64,000 bases of DNA, taken from Oligoflexales bacterium (lineage in GTDB: Bacteria > Bdellovibrionota_B > Oligoflexia > Oligoflexales > CAIYRB01). A program made the translations under genes and the position numbers. Of this stretch, positions 1 through 10,144 are shown one piece after another. Each line of letters starts with the position of its first letter. Position 1 is the stretch's first letter. The notes under the pieces were generated by a model that did not search any database, had not been told where the DNA came from, and saw only the letters and a list, made by a program, of their open reading frames with translations. The stretch covers positions 32,001 to 96,000 of the forward strand of contig JBGSUI010000246.1 of the NCBI GenBank assembly GCA_041736175.1. The letters run 5' to 3'.

Positions 1-1
1 G

Positions 2-334
2 CCAGCCGACACTGGTTCGCAGGTAGGTCCTGATCCTGACCTCAGGGGGGGTTAGTCCTAGTTCTTGGCAATTGGATGCTGCAAGGTAGCCAATTTTTGC
101 AGACATCGTGCCCGTGCCGCGAAATAGGCTAAAAGTCCTCCGTCCCTGATCAAAAGGCGGCGGCGGTGGAGCCAAGGGCGGTTTAAAGGAGAGGGGATCG
201 TCCTCGGCAGAAGATGCAGAAACCCCAGACTCTCCCGTCGTGGCTCGGTTGACTTGGCAGCCGCGCAGGGGCCAGATAACAGTCGTCATCACCGTTGCTG
301 CAAAGACTGATCTCAAAACGATCGTAAGGCGCAT
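2..334 (-). CDS. Partial hypothetical exported or lipoprotein-like protein, running off the window start
   Basis: Hand translation from ATG at 334 gives MRLTIVLRSVFAATVMTTVIWPLRGCQVNR... with no stop before position 1; hydrophobic N-terminus followed by Cys. Confidence 0.55.
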   Translation of the reverse strand, partial: MRLTIVLRSVFAATVMTTVIWPLRGCQVNRATTGESGVSASSAEDDPLSFKPPLAPPPPPFDQGRRTFSLFRGTGTMSAKIGYLAASNCQELGLTPPEVRIRTYLRTSVGW

Positions 335-358
335 AGGGTTACCTGCCTGATGTCTTGG

Positions 359-853
359 TCAGTATGTTTCGATGTCTTGGACCGCTACTTCAACGATTTC
401 GTGAAAGCCACCCAGAGCAGGATTGGCGGCCTCGACAGTCCAAGAAAGTGGTTGGCATTGTTTTAAGGTGTAACGAACCACTTCGTCTCCATCTTTGTTG
501 ACTAAGGTTACGTAAATATCTTTTGGTTCAGATCGATTATGGGTGATGTTTTTAGCCCAGAGGTAAAGGGATGGTTCGGTCACAAAGTCCCGTAAAAAAC
601 GGATGCGAAATCCCCCATCCGCTTGTTTGCGCCAGGAGACTGATTTTGCGTCTTGGGAGGTAAGACCTTCGATCGTATCAAAAACTCCGTAGTAGACGCC
701 ATCGATCTCGACCCGGCTTGTGGTTTCAAAGAGGCTTAATCCTGCCGGCGAAATCTGGGTAAGAAGTCCCAGAATGCAAAGGGCGACCATCAATATGATT
801 GCTGACGAAAGTGGTTTGGATTGATTGGATTTTAAAATCAAAGCGCGCCCCAC
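359..853 (-). CDS. T4 gp19-like phage tail tube family protein with N-terminal hydrophobic segment
   Basis: Motifs G.FDTIEGL, IRFLRDFV...LYLW, KDIYVTLVNKDGDEVVRYTLKQCQPLSW and EIVEVAV resemble gp19/Afp1-type tube proteins. Confidence 0.65.
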   Translation of the reverse strand: MGRALILKSNQSKPLSSAIILMVALCILGLLTQISPAGLSLFETTSRVEIDGVYYGVFDTIEGLTSQDAKSVSWRKQADGGFRIRFLRDFVTEPSLYLWAKNITHNRSEPKDIYVTLVNKDGDEVVRYTLKQCQPLSWTVEAANPALGGFHEIVEVAVQDIETY

Positions 854-968
854 GCGGGTCGGTGGTTATCAGGTCGCTGAGCCAACATTTATCTCGTATA
901 ATTTATATTAACATGGACAAGTCTCGCCGTCTACTGGCGAGCTAGGGTATCCACAATAAGATCGTAAA

Positions 969-997
969 GCCGAAAGGCCTGTCAACAGGCCTTTGGC
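969..997. terminator. Hairpin downstream of ridA, possible intrinsic terminator
   Basis: AAAGGCCTGT-ca-ACAGGCCTTT inverted repeat. Confidence 0.45.
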
Positions 998-1014
998 AAC
1001 CTTTAAGGGATTTG

Positions 1015-1434
1015 TCAATCACAACTTGCAATACAGTCAATTTCAACCCCTACATCTCGGGGTAGTCGGGCGACTTCTACGCAGGCCCGCGCTGGATAAG
1101 GTGGCTTGAAAAATTGTGCGTAGGTTTCATTAACTCTAGTGAAATGCTCCAAGTCTTTCAGGTAAATTGTCGTTTTGACAACTTTACCCAGACTGGAATG
1201 GCTGGCCTCCAAAATCGCCGAAAGATTTTTGAGGCACTGCTGGGTTTGTTCCTCGATGGTGCCGAGGACAAGCTGGCCTGTCGACGGGTCAAAGGGAATT
1301 TGCCCTGACACAAAAACCAGAGAGCCCACTTTCATACCCTGCGAATAGGGGCCTATGGCAGCGGGGGCCCGGTCGGTCTTGATCGGTTGGAGCGCCTGGT
1401 GTGATTGGGATTGGGATGGGGTTTGCGAGGTCAT
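1015..1434 (-). CDS. ridA: RidA/YjgF/UK114 enamine-imine deaminase
   Basis: APAAIGPYSQG, FVSGQIP, PARACVEVARLP and VEIDCIA motifs. Confidence 0.92.
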   Translation of the reverse strand: MTSQTPSQSQSHQALQPIKTDRAPAAIGPYSQGMKVGSLVFVSGQIPFDPSTGQLVLGTIEEQTQQCLKNLSAILEASHSSLGKVVKTTIYLKDLEHFTRVNETYAQFFKPPYPARACVEVARLPRDVGVEIDCIASCD

Positions 1435-2576
1435 AGGATTTGAGCTCCTGGGTTTGAGGCGTTGGCTTGCTGGATTTCAACTTCGAGTTCTTCTAAGGCA
1501 AGAGTCCCAGCATCAGAAAGAAATTTATCCTTGCGGGCCTTTTTAACATGGACGAGAGCTTTGTCATAGGCTCCTAAAGCGATTTCTGCTTGGGCCCCAT
1601 GGGCGTGGAGCTGCCACGGCAGTGTTTTGGTCGAAAGCTTTTCGGCTTGCCAAAGGATAGGTGGGATTTTTTCAAATTCCTGGGCGATCCCATAGGCTCC
1701 GGTGAGTTCTATCAAGAAGAGGGGATCTCTTTCGCCTAGGTGAAAAAATTTTTCTAAGTGACTCGCCTTGAGGTGGCGATCACCTGTCGTCATAAGGGAC
1801 GTTGCCAGAGAAGTCCCAGCCCAGGAGGACTTGTCCTGAGCAATGGCCAAAACCTCTTCCGGTGCATAGTCGCCCTTGGTCTCAAGGAGGAGTTGATAGA
1901 GGAGTTCCCACAGAGCATGGTGGTTTGCTTGGGCTTCGATTCCCGCCATGATCCAAATTTCCGCATCGCGAGGTCTAGAGGTCCTGATAAAAATCTGTCC
2001 CAGGTTAACGTAGGGAGCCGGCTCTTCGGGAATCAGCTCCTGGGCCCTTCGAAAGGCAGACTCAGCCTCGGTCAAGTCTTCGGCCATCATGGCGGCCACT
2101 CCCATGGCGAGTTGGGTGCTAAAAGAGGTCGAGTCTTTGACGGTGGGGAACTTTCGGACAAGTTCTAAGGCAGTGTAGGGCAAGGCCATCGTCACCAGCT
2201 CGTCCAGGAGGGCTTCCATGTCGGCAGGTGGCAGCTCTTGGGGAAAATTGTCCGTGGTCCCAGAGTATTTTTTATGGAAAAACATGCGGAAATCATGGTC
2301 CGCTGGATCAATATTTTCTGAGGGAGTGGCTTCGGATTCCCCTGGGTGATGGTTATGGTTTTCAGGGTAAAAGCTATCGGTCGAAAGACCGAAAACTCTC
2401 TTGAAAGTGGGTCCAATGGCCAGGGGCTCGGGACAGGTCGGTTGGGGATGAAAGGGCTGCACCGTGTAATCCTTAATGGAGTTTGATAAAGTTGTCTGGT
2501 ACCTCAAGATCCTTTGGCCTGGCTTTATTTCCAGAACATAGGCGTGACATCTGGGCAAATTTATCACATTATCCAA
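1431..2576 (-). CDS. TPR-repeat protein (start uncertain)
   Basis: AESAFRRAQELIPEEPAPYVNLG TPR consensus; 4-bp overlap with ridA. Confidence 0.7.
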   Translation of the reverse strand: MDNVINLPRCHAYVLEIKPGQRILRYQTTLSNSIKDYTVQPFHPQPTCPEPLAIGPTFKRVFGLSTDSFYPENHNHHPGESEATPSENIDPADHDFRMFFHKKYSGTTDNFPQELPPADMEALLDELVTMALPYTALELVRKFPTVKDSTSFSTQLAMGVAAMMAEDLTEAESAFRRAQELIPEEPAPYVNLGQIFIRTSRPRDAEIWIMAGIEAQANHHALWELLYQLLLETKGDYAPEEVLAIAQDKSSWAGTSLATSLMTTGDRHLKASHLEKFFHLGERDPLFLIELTGAYGIAQEFEKIPPILWQAEKLSTKTLPWQLHAHGAQAEIALGAYDKALVHVKKARKDKFLSDAGTLALEELEVEIQQANASNPGAQIL

Positions 2577-2645
2577 GACTGTCAGCAGGTCTTGAAGCTT
2601 AACATCGAGATCGCATTAGATACTCGCGACGTGGAGCCCTTCGTG

Positions 2646-4367
2646 ATGACGCCACAACCAGCTAATCAGAGTAATGAATTTAATAAAAGTCTCGCTGCAA
2701 ACCTAGCGAGCAAATTACCGGGAGCTGGGATCAGGTCCATGTCCAATGATCGATGGGCAGACGAAGATGTCTTCGAGGTGAGGGCGGCTTCGATTCTGGA
2801 AGTGATGCGCGAGCTCCGGCAAAGCTACCCATACCTTATGGACGTCTGCGGCGTCGATTACCCGGAGCGGGCTGATCGTTTTGATGTGGTTTACCATTTG
2901 GCCGATCCCGACAACCGCCGGCGCCTAAGGGTCAAGGCCCAGGTCGCTGATGGAGGTGGCCTCCCCTCCGTGACGTCGGTGTATAAGTCGGCTAATTGGT
3001 TTGAACGAGAAGCTTTCGATATGTTTGGGATCCGCTTTGATGGACACCCCCAGTTACGGCGGATACTTTGCCACGAGGATTTTGTAGGCTATCCTCTCCG
3101 TAAGGACTATCCCGCGGATCGTAACCAGTCTCTGCAAACGCCCCTGGAGCATACTTTTAGTGCTGATCGGGCTAGGTTGCAGGCGGAGGAGGCAGACCAC
3201 CTTTCGGATCGCATTTGGATCAACATCGGTCCTGCCCATCCCGCAACCCACGGGACCCTGCGTCTTATGGCGATATTATCGGGTGAAACCATTGAAAAAC
3301 TCGACTTGGAGATCGGCTACCTCCATCGGTGTTTCGAAAAAATGTGCGAGACCCATGACTATAATCAGATTATTCCCTATACGGATCGGCTTAACTATTG
3401 TTCGGCACCGATCAACAACAATGCCTGGTGCCGCACGATCGAAAAACTCATCGGCATCGAAGTCCCCCCCAGGGCCCAAGTCATCCGCATGATCCTCGAT
3501 GAATTTTCCCGGATCATCGACCACTTTGTCTGTATTTCCACCAATGCCGTGGATTTAGGGGCGTTGACTAATTTTTGGCTCGGATTTCAGGCCCGTGAAA
3601 GGGTTTACGATCTCTTCGAAAAGCTGTGTGGTGCCCGGTTGACGGTTTCTCTAGGCCGCGTGGGTGGCTTGGGGTTTGATCTACCGGATGGATGGGCCGC
3701 AGAGGCCTTTAAGGTCATTGAGGCGATCGAACAGTCCCATTACGAACTTGATCTGCTGCTGACAAAAAACCGAATTTTTGTAAAAAGGATGGTGGGTGCG
3801 GCGGCCATAGACAAAGCAAATGCAATCAACTGGGGATTTACAGGACCATGTCTCCGGGCAGCGGGAGTCGCCATGGATACCCGCCAGTGGAGTCCCTATT
3901 ACCTCTATGACCAAGTCGAGTGGGATATCCCCATCGGCGAGCGGGGTGATAGCTATGACCGTTATATGGTCCGCATGGAGGAAATCCGCCAGTCCGTGAA
4001 GATTCTAAAGCAGCTCCTGGGCAATATTCCCAGTGGCCCGGTTGCTGTGGATAACCCACGGATCGTGCTGCCCCGTAAACAAGATGTCTATGGAAATATC
4101 GAAGGGTTGATGAACCAGTTTATGATGGTGATCCATGGCGTCCAGCCCCCAAAGGGGGAGATCTACTGTGCCCATGAAGGGGCCAATGGTGAGCTGGGTT
4201 TTTATGTCGTCAGCGATGGTACGGGACGGCCCTATCGGGTCAAGTGTCGACCACCCTGTTTTTCTATATTCCAGGCGTTTCCTTCTATGGTCGAGGGACA
4301 AATGATCGCCGATGCCATTGCGGCTCTGGGAAGTATCAATATCATTGCGGGAGAACTTGACCGATGA
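2646..4367 (+). CDS. nuoCD: NADH-quinone oxidoreductase fused subunit C/D
   Basis: NuoC motifs (DVCGVDY, ANWFEREAFDMFGI, YPLRKDYP) fused to NuoD motifs (NIGPAHPATHG, GYLHR, DRLNY, GELDR); start moved to ATG 2646 to avoid overlapping the divergent gene. Confidence 0.95.
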   Translation: MTPQPANQSNEFNKSLAANLASKLPGAGIRSMSNDRWADEDVFEVRAASILEVMRELRQSYPYLMDVCGVDYPERADRFDVVYHLADPDNRRRLRVKAQVADGGGLPSVTSVYKSANWFEREAFDMFGIRFDGHPQLRRILCHEDFVGYPLRKDYPADRNQSLQTPLEHTFSADRARLQAEEADHLSDRIWINIGPAHPATHGTLRLMAILSGETIEKLDLEIGYLHRCFEKMCETHDYNQIIPYTDRLNYCSAPINNNAWCRTIEKLIGIEVPPRAQVIRMILDEFSRIIDHFVCISTNAVDLGALTNFWLGFQARERVYDLFEKLCGARLTVSLGRVGGLGFDLPDGWAAEAFKVIEAIEQSHYELDLLLTKNRIFVKRMVGAAAIDKANAINWGFTGPCLRAAGVAMDTRQWSPYYLYDQVEWDIPIGERGDSYDRYMVRMEEIRQSVKILKQLLGNIPSGPVAVDNPRIVLPRKQDVYGNIEGLMNQFMMVIHGVQPPKGEIYCAHEGANGELGFYVVSDGTGRPYRVKCRPPCFSIFQAFPSMVEGQMIADAIAALGSINIIAGELDR

Positions 4368-4864
4368 GTGGGTTTTCGGAGGGTTTAAAGACTAAGATTG
4401 AGGGTTTTCTCGGGCGCTACGAGACCCGACGCAGTGCGATCTTGCCTGTGCTTCATGCCATCCAAGATGAATATGGCTGGATTCATGAGGACCATGTGGA
4501 AGAGCTTCACAGCAAGTACCAACTCGATCGGATCCATGTCAAAGAGGTCATCACCTTTTACGATATTTACAAAGACGAGCCGGTCGCAAAGCATGTTATC
4601 AGGTTTTGCAAGAGCCTGACCTGTCATATGCTCGGAGCTACTGAATCAATGGCAAAGGTCGAGTCCTATATTGAAAAAAAAGGTTTACAAAATTCTTTCG
4701 AACTGGAGCCCTTTGCCTGCCTCGGAAAATGCGATGGAGCGCCCGTGATGCTGATTGGCAAAGACCGTTTTGAGTTGGTTACGGCTGACAAGGTAGAATC
4801 TATCTTGGATGACTATACAAAGGCTTCTGCTGCACCACAAAAAGGGGGAACCCATGGTAGCTGA
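4364..4864 (+). CDS. nuoE: NADH-quinone oxidoreductase subunit E
   Basis: CKSLTC and CLGKC 2Fe-2S ligands; ATGA overlap with nuoCD. Confidence 0.93.
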   Translation: MSGFSEGLKTKIEGFLGRYETRRSAILPVLHAIQDEYGWIHEDHVEELHSKYQLDRIHVKEVITFYDIYKDEPVAKHVIRFCKSLTCHMLGATESMAKVESYIEKKGLQNSFELEPFACLGKCDGAPVMLIGKDRFELVTADKVESILDDYTKASAAPQKGGTHGS

Positions 4865-6122
4865 GTATCCCAAAATACTGTTGGCCCACCAGGGTCTCCC
4901 CGACAGCCGCTCCCTTAAGACCTATCTCTCCCAGGGGGGATACGAGGCTGCCAAAAAAGCTATCTCTATGGGACCCGCGCAGATCATCGACGAAGTCAAA
5001 GCATCAGGTCTTAGAGGGCGTGGGGGTGCAGGATTTTCTACCGGAATGAAATGGTCTTTTGTCCCTAAGGATCTCCCTGGTGCCCGCTACCTGATCTGCA
5101 ACAATGATGAGAGCGAACCGGGAACTTTTAAAGATCGTCAGATTTGTACGGTAAGTCCCCATATGATCTTGGAGGGAATGATCATTGCTGGCTATGCGAT
5201 CGGAGCAGCAAAAGGGTATATTTATACCCGCTGGGAATTCCAAAAAGAGATTCAATACCTCGAAACAGCGATCAAAGAAGCCTACGAAGCGGGCCTACTC
5301 GGTAAAAACATCTTGAACAGCTCTTTTAGCTTTGACCTGGACCACTATATGGGAGCAGGGGCTTATATCTGTGGCGAAGAGACCGGGCTGATTTCCTCTC
5401 TCGAAGGTAAAAAAGGCCAACCCAAGCTAAAACCACCCTTTCCGGCGGTTTCTGGATATTTAGGGAGGCCAACCATTGTGAACAATACCGAAACTTTGGC
5501 GGTCGTGCCTTGGATCATCAACCATGGCGGTAAGGAGTACCGCAAATACGGTACCGAAAAAAGTCCCGGCACCAAGCTTTTTTCGATTTCGGGTGCTCTC
5601 AATAGGCCTGGAGTTTACGAAGTGCCCCTGGGATATCCCTTGATGAAATTGATCAACGACGAGTGCGGTGGAATGCAGCCCGGTCGAACCATCAAAGCTG
5701 TGATTCCTGGTGGAGCGTCGGCCCCTCTGCTCACTCCGAGCGAAATCCAGGATGCGACTTTGGACTACGAATGCATGGCCCAAAAGGGGACCATGTTGGG
5801 ATCGGGAGCCATTATGGTGATCGATGACCGCCAGAGTATGGCGGATCTGTTGAGAATCACCATTGACTTTTTTGCCCACGAGAGTTGCGGCCAATGCACC
5901 CCATGCCGCGAAGGTACCGGCTGGCTGGCAAATATTATGATGGGTATCAGCGAAAAAACCGCTAAGACCGAGGATGTCAATCGCCTTGGACTCGTTGCAA
6001 AACATATGGGCGGCAAAACCATCTGCGCCCTTTCTGATGCCTGTGCCATGCCAGTCATGTCTTACGTCCAAAAATTTGGTGACGAACTCCGAGATTATCT
6101 CAAACAAGGAGCGGTCCATTGA
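4854..6122 (+). CDS. nuoF: NADH-quinone oxidoreductase subunit F
   Basis: GLRGRGGAGF, DESEPGTFKD, GAGAYICGEET, ESCGQCTPCREG; ATG 4854 follows GGGGGAA. Confidence 0.96.
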   Translation: MVAEYPKILLAHQGLPDSRSLKTYLSQGGYEAAKKAISMGPAQIIDEVKASGLRGRGGAGFSTGMKWSFVPKDLPGARYLICNNDESEPGTFKDRQICTVSPHMILEGMIIAGYAIGAAKGYIYTRWEFQKEIQYLETAIKEAYEAGLLGKNILNSSFSFDLDHYMGAGAYICGEETGLISSLEGKKGQPKLKPPFPAVSGYLGRPTIVNNTETLAVVPWIINHGGKEYRKYGTEKSPGTKLFSISGALNRPGVYEVPLGYPLMKLINDECGGMQPGRTIKAVIPGGASAPLLTPSEIQDATLDYECMAQKGTMLGSGAIMVIDDRQSMADLLRITIDFFAHESCGQCTPCREGTGWLANIMMGISEKTAKTEDVNRLGLVAKHMGGKTICALSDACAMPVMSYVQKFGDELRDYLKQGAVH

Positions 6123-7675
6123 GCCCTGAAACTAATCAACAAGCCATCAAACCAGTCCCCCTAAAGCCCGCCGAGCCGGTTGTAAAAGAGACGGTTACCT
6201 TTACGATCAACGACAAGGAGATCACGGTCCCAAAAGGGACGACAGTGATGGCGGCTGCAAAGCAGAATGATGTTTATATACCCCATTTTTGCTGGCACCC
6301 CGGCCTGAGCGTGGCTGGGGTTTGTCGGTTTTGCATGGTCAAGGTGGAAGGTCGTCCAAAGCTTGAGATTGGATGCAATCTCACCGCCACTCCTGGTATG
6401 AAGGTGTCGACCCTCACCCCAGAGGTTAAAGAAGCCCATAAATGGGCTTTAGAATTTCACCTGATCAACCATCCCCTGGACTGTCCAATCTGCGATCAAG
6501 CTGGCGAATGCAAGCTCCAAGACTACTATATGGAAGTCGGTCAGTACAAAAGCCAGATGGAAAGACCAAAAGTCTTAAAACCTAAAGCGATCGACGTGGG
6601 TGATGACCTGGTGTTAGACACCGAACGCTGCATCCTCTGTGATCGCTGCGTTCGGTTTGAGGCAGAGGTCACAAAAACAGCGGCTCTGGGCATCTTTAAT
6701 CGAGGCGACCGCGCGGTGATTGGCACCTATCCCGGCAAAAAGATTTCTCATCAGTACCAGACCAATATCGTCGATATCTGTCCGGTCGGTGCGTTTACCT
6801 CCAAAGATTTTAGATTTAAGCAGCGGGTCTGGTTTCTTAAACACAAGCCTACTATCTGTCCAGGATGCTCTACCGGATGCCATGTGGATGTGTACGGCAA
6901 ACCGGATACCAGAACCTACTACCGGGTCAAACCTCGGGAGAGCGATGTAAACCAGTTTTGGATGTGCGATACGGGTCGCAAGACCTACAAACATCTTAAC
7001 CAAGAAAATCGCCTACGGGGAGCGATCACCAGTGGCGCAAGTCGCAAAAGGGCTACCTTAGCCGAGGCCTATCAGGTCTTGGCAGAAAAAATAAAATCAG
7101 CAAGCGTTCAGGATCTTGCCTTGCTGGTAGCTCCGCAATACACCTGCGAAGAGTATCAAAAGTTTTTTGAGTTTTTTGTAGATAAACTTAAGATCACCAA
7201 GGTGTTTGAATGGCGAGAACCTACCGAAGACCGTAAGGCTTTTGATGGGATTTTGTATCGGGGTGACAAAAACCCTAATTCGCTCGGATTGCGTCAATCC
7301 TTGGAAAAACGTGGTCTGGTCAAACCAGGCCAAGAGATTCCAGGTTTCAACGACGTAGCCGCCTCCGGTGCGACCTGTGTGATCGCATTAGCTCCCGAGA
7401 TTTTGTTCCAGTACCCAAGCCTTGCCTCCCAGATGGCGCTGTTGGAAGAGTTGAGTTTTGTATCCCTCTGGACGGTCTCGGCTGATTTGGTCGCATCGAA
7501 AAAAATCAAGCATGCCTTACCTATGAAGGGTTTTGCGGAAAAAACCGGCACCTTCCTTAACTTTGAGGGCAAGGTAGGCCAGCTCCAAGAAGCCTTTCCG
7601 TCGGCAGTGGAAGATGCACGCGATATTAGTGAAACCGTGACATCCCTAGGGGAAGTCTTGATGGGATTATCTTAA
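6119..7675 (+). CDS. nuoG: NADH-quinone oxidoreductase subunit G (short form, 518 aa)
   Basis: IPHFCWH, GVCRFC, HPLDCPICDQAGEC, RCILCDRCVRF, CPGCSTGC. Confidence 0.92.
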   Translation: MSPETNQQAIKPVPLKPAEPVVKETVTFTINDKEITVPKGTTVMAAAKQNDVYIPHFCWHPGLSVAGVCRFCMVKVEGRPKLEIGCNLTATPGMKVSTLTPEVKEAHKWALEFHLINHPLDCPICDQAGECKLQDYYMEVGQYKSQMERPKVLKPKAIDVGDDLVLDTERCILCDRCVRFEAEVTKTAALGIFNRGDRAVIGTYPGKKISHQYQTNIVDICPVGAFTSKDFRFKQRVWFLKHKPTICPGCSTGCHVDVYGKPDTRTYYRVKPRESDVNQFWMCDTGRKTYKHLNQENRLRGAITSGASRKRATLAEAYQVLAEKIKSASVQDLALLVAPQYTCEEYQKFFEFFVDKLKITKVFEWREPTEDRKAFDGILYRGDKNPNSLGLRQSLEKRGLVKPGQEIPGFNDVAASGATCVIALAPEILFQYPSLASQMALLEELSFVSLWTVSADLVASKKIKHALPMKGFAEKTGTFLNFEGKVGQLQEAFPSAVEDARDISETVTSLGEVLMGLS

Positions 7676-7690
7676 AAGGGGGGGCTCATC

Positions 7691-8299
7691 ATGGGTGTGA
7701 TCAAGGTCGGTTTACCACCAAAAGACAATAATTTATTTCAGCTAGCTCAGGGCTATTTCTCTACCATCACCACCGGTATGATCAAGACGGGAGCGATCTT
7801 CTGGAAGCAGATCTCCGGCAAAGAAAAGACCAATACCCTCGAATGGCCGGAGGAGCCAGCGACCTATGGGGATCGTTTCAAGGGTAAACATTTTTTAACC
7901 AGACGCGAAGATGGCCAAATAAGGTGCACTGCATGTTTCCTCTGTGCGACGGCGTGTCCTGCGGAGTGTATTCATATCGTTGCAGGCCAGCATCCGACCA
8001 ATGAAGTTGAAAAGTTTCCAGTTCGTTTCGAGATAGATATTCTGCGGTGTGTGTTTTGTGGTTTTTGCGAAGAAGCCTGTCCTGTCGATGCTATCAGGCT
8101 GGGACCAGAGTATGTTATGGCTGGGCTTGCTGGCGAAAAATGGGTCTATACTAAAGACTATCTCGCAGACAGATCTCAGCTACAGGGGGGGATCACAAGT
8201 GTAAAAGACGAAAACGTCAAACACTTTACCGTGGATACCAAGATCGATCCCGAAGATCTTTTAGCGACGGATGCTCCCCATATGCGAGGCCACTCTTGA
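7691..8299 (+). CDS. nuoI: NADH-quinone oxidoreductase subunit I
   Basis: CTACFLCATACP and RCVFCGFCEEACPVDAI (two 4Fe-4S motifs). Confidence 0.95.
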   Translation: MGVIKVGLPPKDNNLFQLAQGYFSTITTGMIKTGAIFWKQISGKEKTNTLEWPEEPATYGDRFKGKHFLTRREDGQIRCTACFLCATACPAECIHIVAGQHPTNEVEKFPVRFEIDILRCVFCGFCEEACPVDAIRLGPEYVMAGLAGEKWVYTKDYLADRSQLQGGITSVKDENVKHFTVDTKIDPEDLLATDAPHMRGHS

Positions 8300-8808
8300 A
8301 TCAGGCAAGTACGGGGGAGCTCCGCCTCTATTTGGTGCGCCATGGCGAAGCGGAATCTCCCAAAAAAGGCGACGATTTTGGCCGCAGACTTACTCCGCGA
8401 GGAATCCAGCAAGCCACCTGGTTAAGCCACCAGCTAAGGATTGTTGTTCCTTTGGTGATTGTAAGCCAGGCGGCTCGGGCTGCGGAAACAGCCGAGATCC
8501 TCTGGGCCAGTCCCCCGAGTGGAGCCTCACCCCAAAAAAGGGTGGTGCTGCGAGATGTTTATATGGCGGGCCAAAAAGATCTGCTCCGATTGGTTTCTTC
8601 AACCGTCAACGACGGTCTTCAGCGAGAAATCATGGTCGTTGGGCATAACCCTGGGATCTCCCAGGTGGCTCAGGTGCTTACAGGACAAGATATTCATATG
8701 GCAACAGCCGATCTCGTCGTCCTAGGGCATAGGTCAGAGTCATGGCCCGAAGCTCTCTGGGATGAGGGTGCTTGGCAGATGATCCAACACCTTAACAATC
8801 CGTGTTGA
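8296..8808 (+). CDS. sixA: SixA-type phosphohistidine phosphatase
   Basis: LVRHGEAE, DFGRRLTPRG, RAAETA, VVGHNPGI. Confidence 0.85.
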   Translation: MNQASTGELRLYLVRHGEAESPKKGDDFGRRLTPRGIQQATWLSHQLRIVVPLVIVSQAARAAETAEILWASPPSGASPQKRVVLRDVYMAGQKDLLRLVSSTVNDGLQREIMVVGHNPGISQVAQVLTGQDIHMATADLVVLGHRSESWPEALWDEGAWQMIQHLNNPC

Positions 8809-8813
8809 TTTTT

Positions 8814-9005
8814 TTACTGATTGGTTAAAAGATCGGTGGGATTGATGGGACTTATGAATGTAGAGGTTTCTGAAGGTGGGCTAACCCTTTTCTGTGGGGA
8901 AGGCTGCATGCTTTCATCGTTTATATTTGCAGAAGGGCCTCTAAACTCTCTTGGTCTTTGGGATCTTATCCAGGCACCAATTGTCTTTTGGTTTATGTCC
9001 ATCAA
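8814..9005 (-). CDS. Small hypothetical protein
   Basis: 63-aa ORF preceded by GGAGG on the minus strand; fills an intergenic gap; no recognisable family. Confidence 0.35.
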   Translation of the reverse strand: MMDINQKTIGAWIRSQRPREFRGPSANINDESMQPSPQKRVSPPSETSTFISPINPTDLLTNQ

Positions 9006-9220
9006 ATTTCCTCCATCTAGAATCTTTTAAGCCTTAGGATTTGATTCGTCATGAAACAAGATGAACTTTAGGGAAGGCCGCATTATTGGGGGGATGGGGA
9101 AGGCTAAAGTGGTTTGAGACATATAAAGATTCGTGACGTTTTATGTTTCAATTCAACCCAATATAGGCAAACCTAGGATTTCATGTTAGGCTCCCCGTCC
9201 AGGATAAGGAGATACTTACT

Positions 9221-10144
9221 ATGGATAGCCTGAATCAAGCCCAAGCTCCCCTTGCTCCCCAAGCTCCCCTTGCTCCCCAAGAAGTGAGCAAACTAGTACG
9301 ACTCCTTGCCCTTGAGGAAATAGAAACTCAGGTGTTTTATGGGGAAAGCCAAGATCTCGGATTTCCACAGCTGTTTGGTGGACAGGTTTTAGGCCAGGCT
9401 CTTATGGCTGCTTGCAAAACCGTGGCGAAGGATCGATTTGCGCACTCCTTCCATGGTTATTTTTTACGACCAGGGAATCCCGTGGAGCCGATCTACTATG
9501 AAGTCGATCTGATCAGAACTGGCAAAAGTTTTTCGACTCGGCGGGTGTTAGCAAAACAAAAAGGTTTAGCCATCTATGCGGCACAACTCTCCTTCCAAAA
9601 AGCAGAAGGAGGACTCTCCCATAGCGAGACGATGCCCCAGGTCCCCGATCCTGAAAGCCTTAAGAGCGATGAGCAGGTTCTTAGGACGCTTAAGGATAAA
9701 ATACCCCGAGGTTTGGGCGACAAATTGCTTGCCTTTAGGCCCATTGAAATCAGGTCTGTAGAACAAACAGACTACGAAAACCCCAAACCGTCACAAGGCA
9801 AAAAATATTTTTGGACGCGGGTCAAAAGCCCCTTGCCGGAGGACCCACTTATCTCCCAAGCGTTTTTGGCCTATGCTTCGGATTTTGGGCTATCAAGCAC
9901 CTCTCTTTTGCCCCATGGGTTGACTTTTTTATCGCCTGGTATGCAGCTAGCAAGTCTTGACCACACCATGTGGTTTCACCGACCCTTTCGTTATGAGGGA
10001 TGGTTTTTACATGCCCTTGAGAGCACTTGTACCTTTGGCAGTCGAGGGCTAAATCGAGGGATGATCTTTGCCCAGGATGGGACCCTAGTGGCTTCGATGG
10101 TACAGGAAGGGCTTATTCGTAAAAATGCGGGTAAACAATTATGA
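9221..10144 (+). CDS. tesB: Acyl-CoA thioesterase II
   Basis: FGGQVLGQAL, HSFHGYFLRPG, LAYASD, ASLDHTMWFH, QEGLIR; AAGGAG ribosome-binding site. Confidence 0.93.
   Translation: MDSLNQAQAPLAPQAPLAPQEVSKLVRLLALEEIETQVFYGESQDLGFPQLFGGQVLGQALMAACKTVAKDRFAHSFHGYFLRPGNPVEPIYYEVDLIRTGKSFSTRRVLAKQKGLAIYAAQLSFQKAEGGLSHSETMPQVPDPESLKSDEQVLRTLKDKIPRGLGDKLLAFRPIEIRSVEQTDYENPKPSQGKKYFWTRVKSPLPEDPLISQAFLAYASDFGLSSTSLLPHGLTFLSPGMQLASLDHTMWFHRPFRYEGWFLHALESTCTFGSRGLNRGMIFAQDGTLVASMVQEGLIRKNAGKQL
9241..9281 (+). repeat. 18-bp tandem duplication (QAPLAP x2) in the tesB N-terminus
   Basis: CCAAGCTCCCCTTGCTCC twice, followed by CCAAG. Confidence 0.85.
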
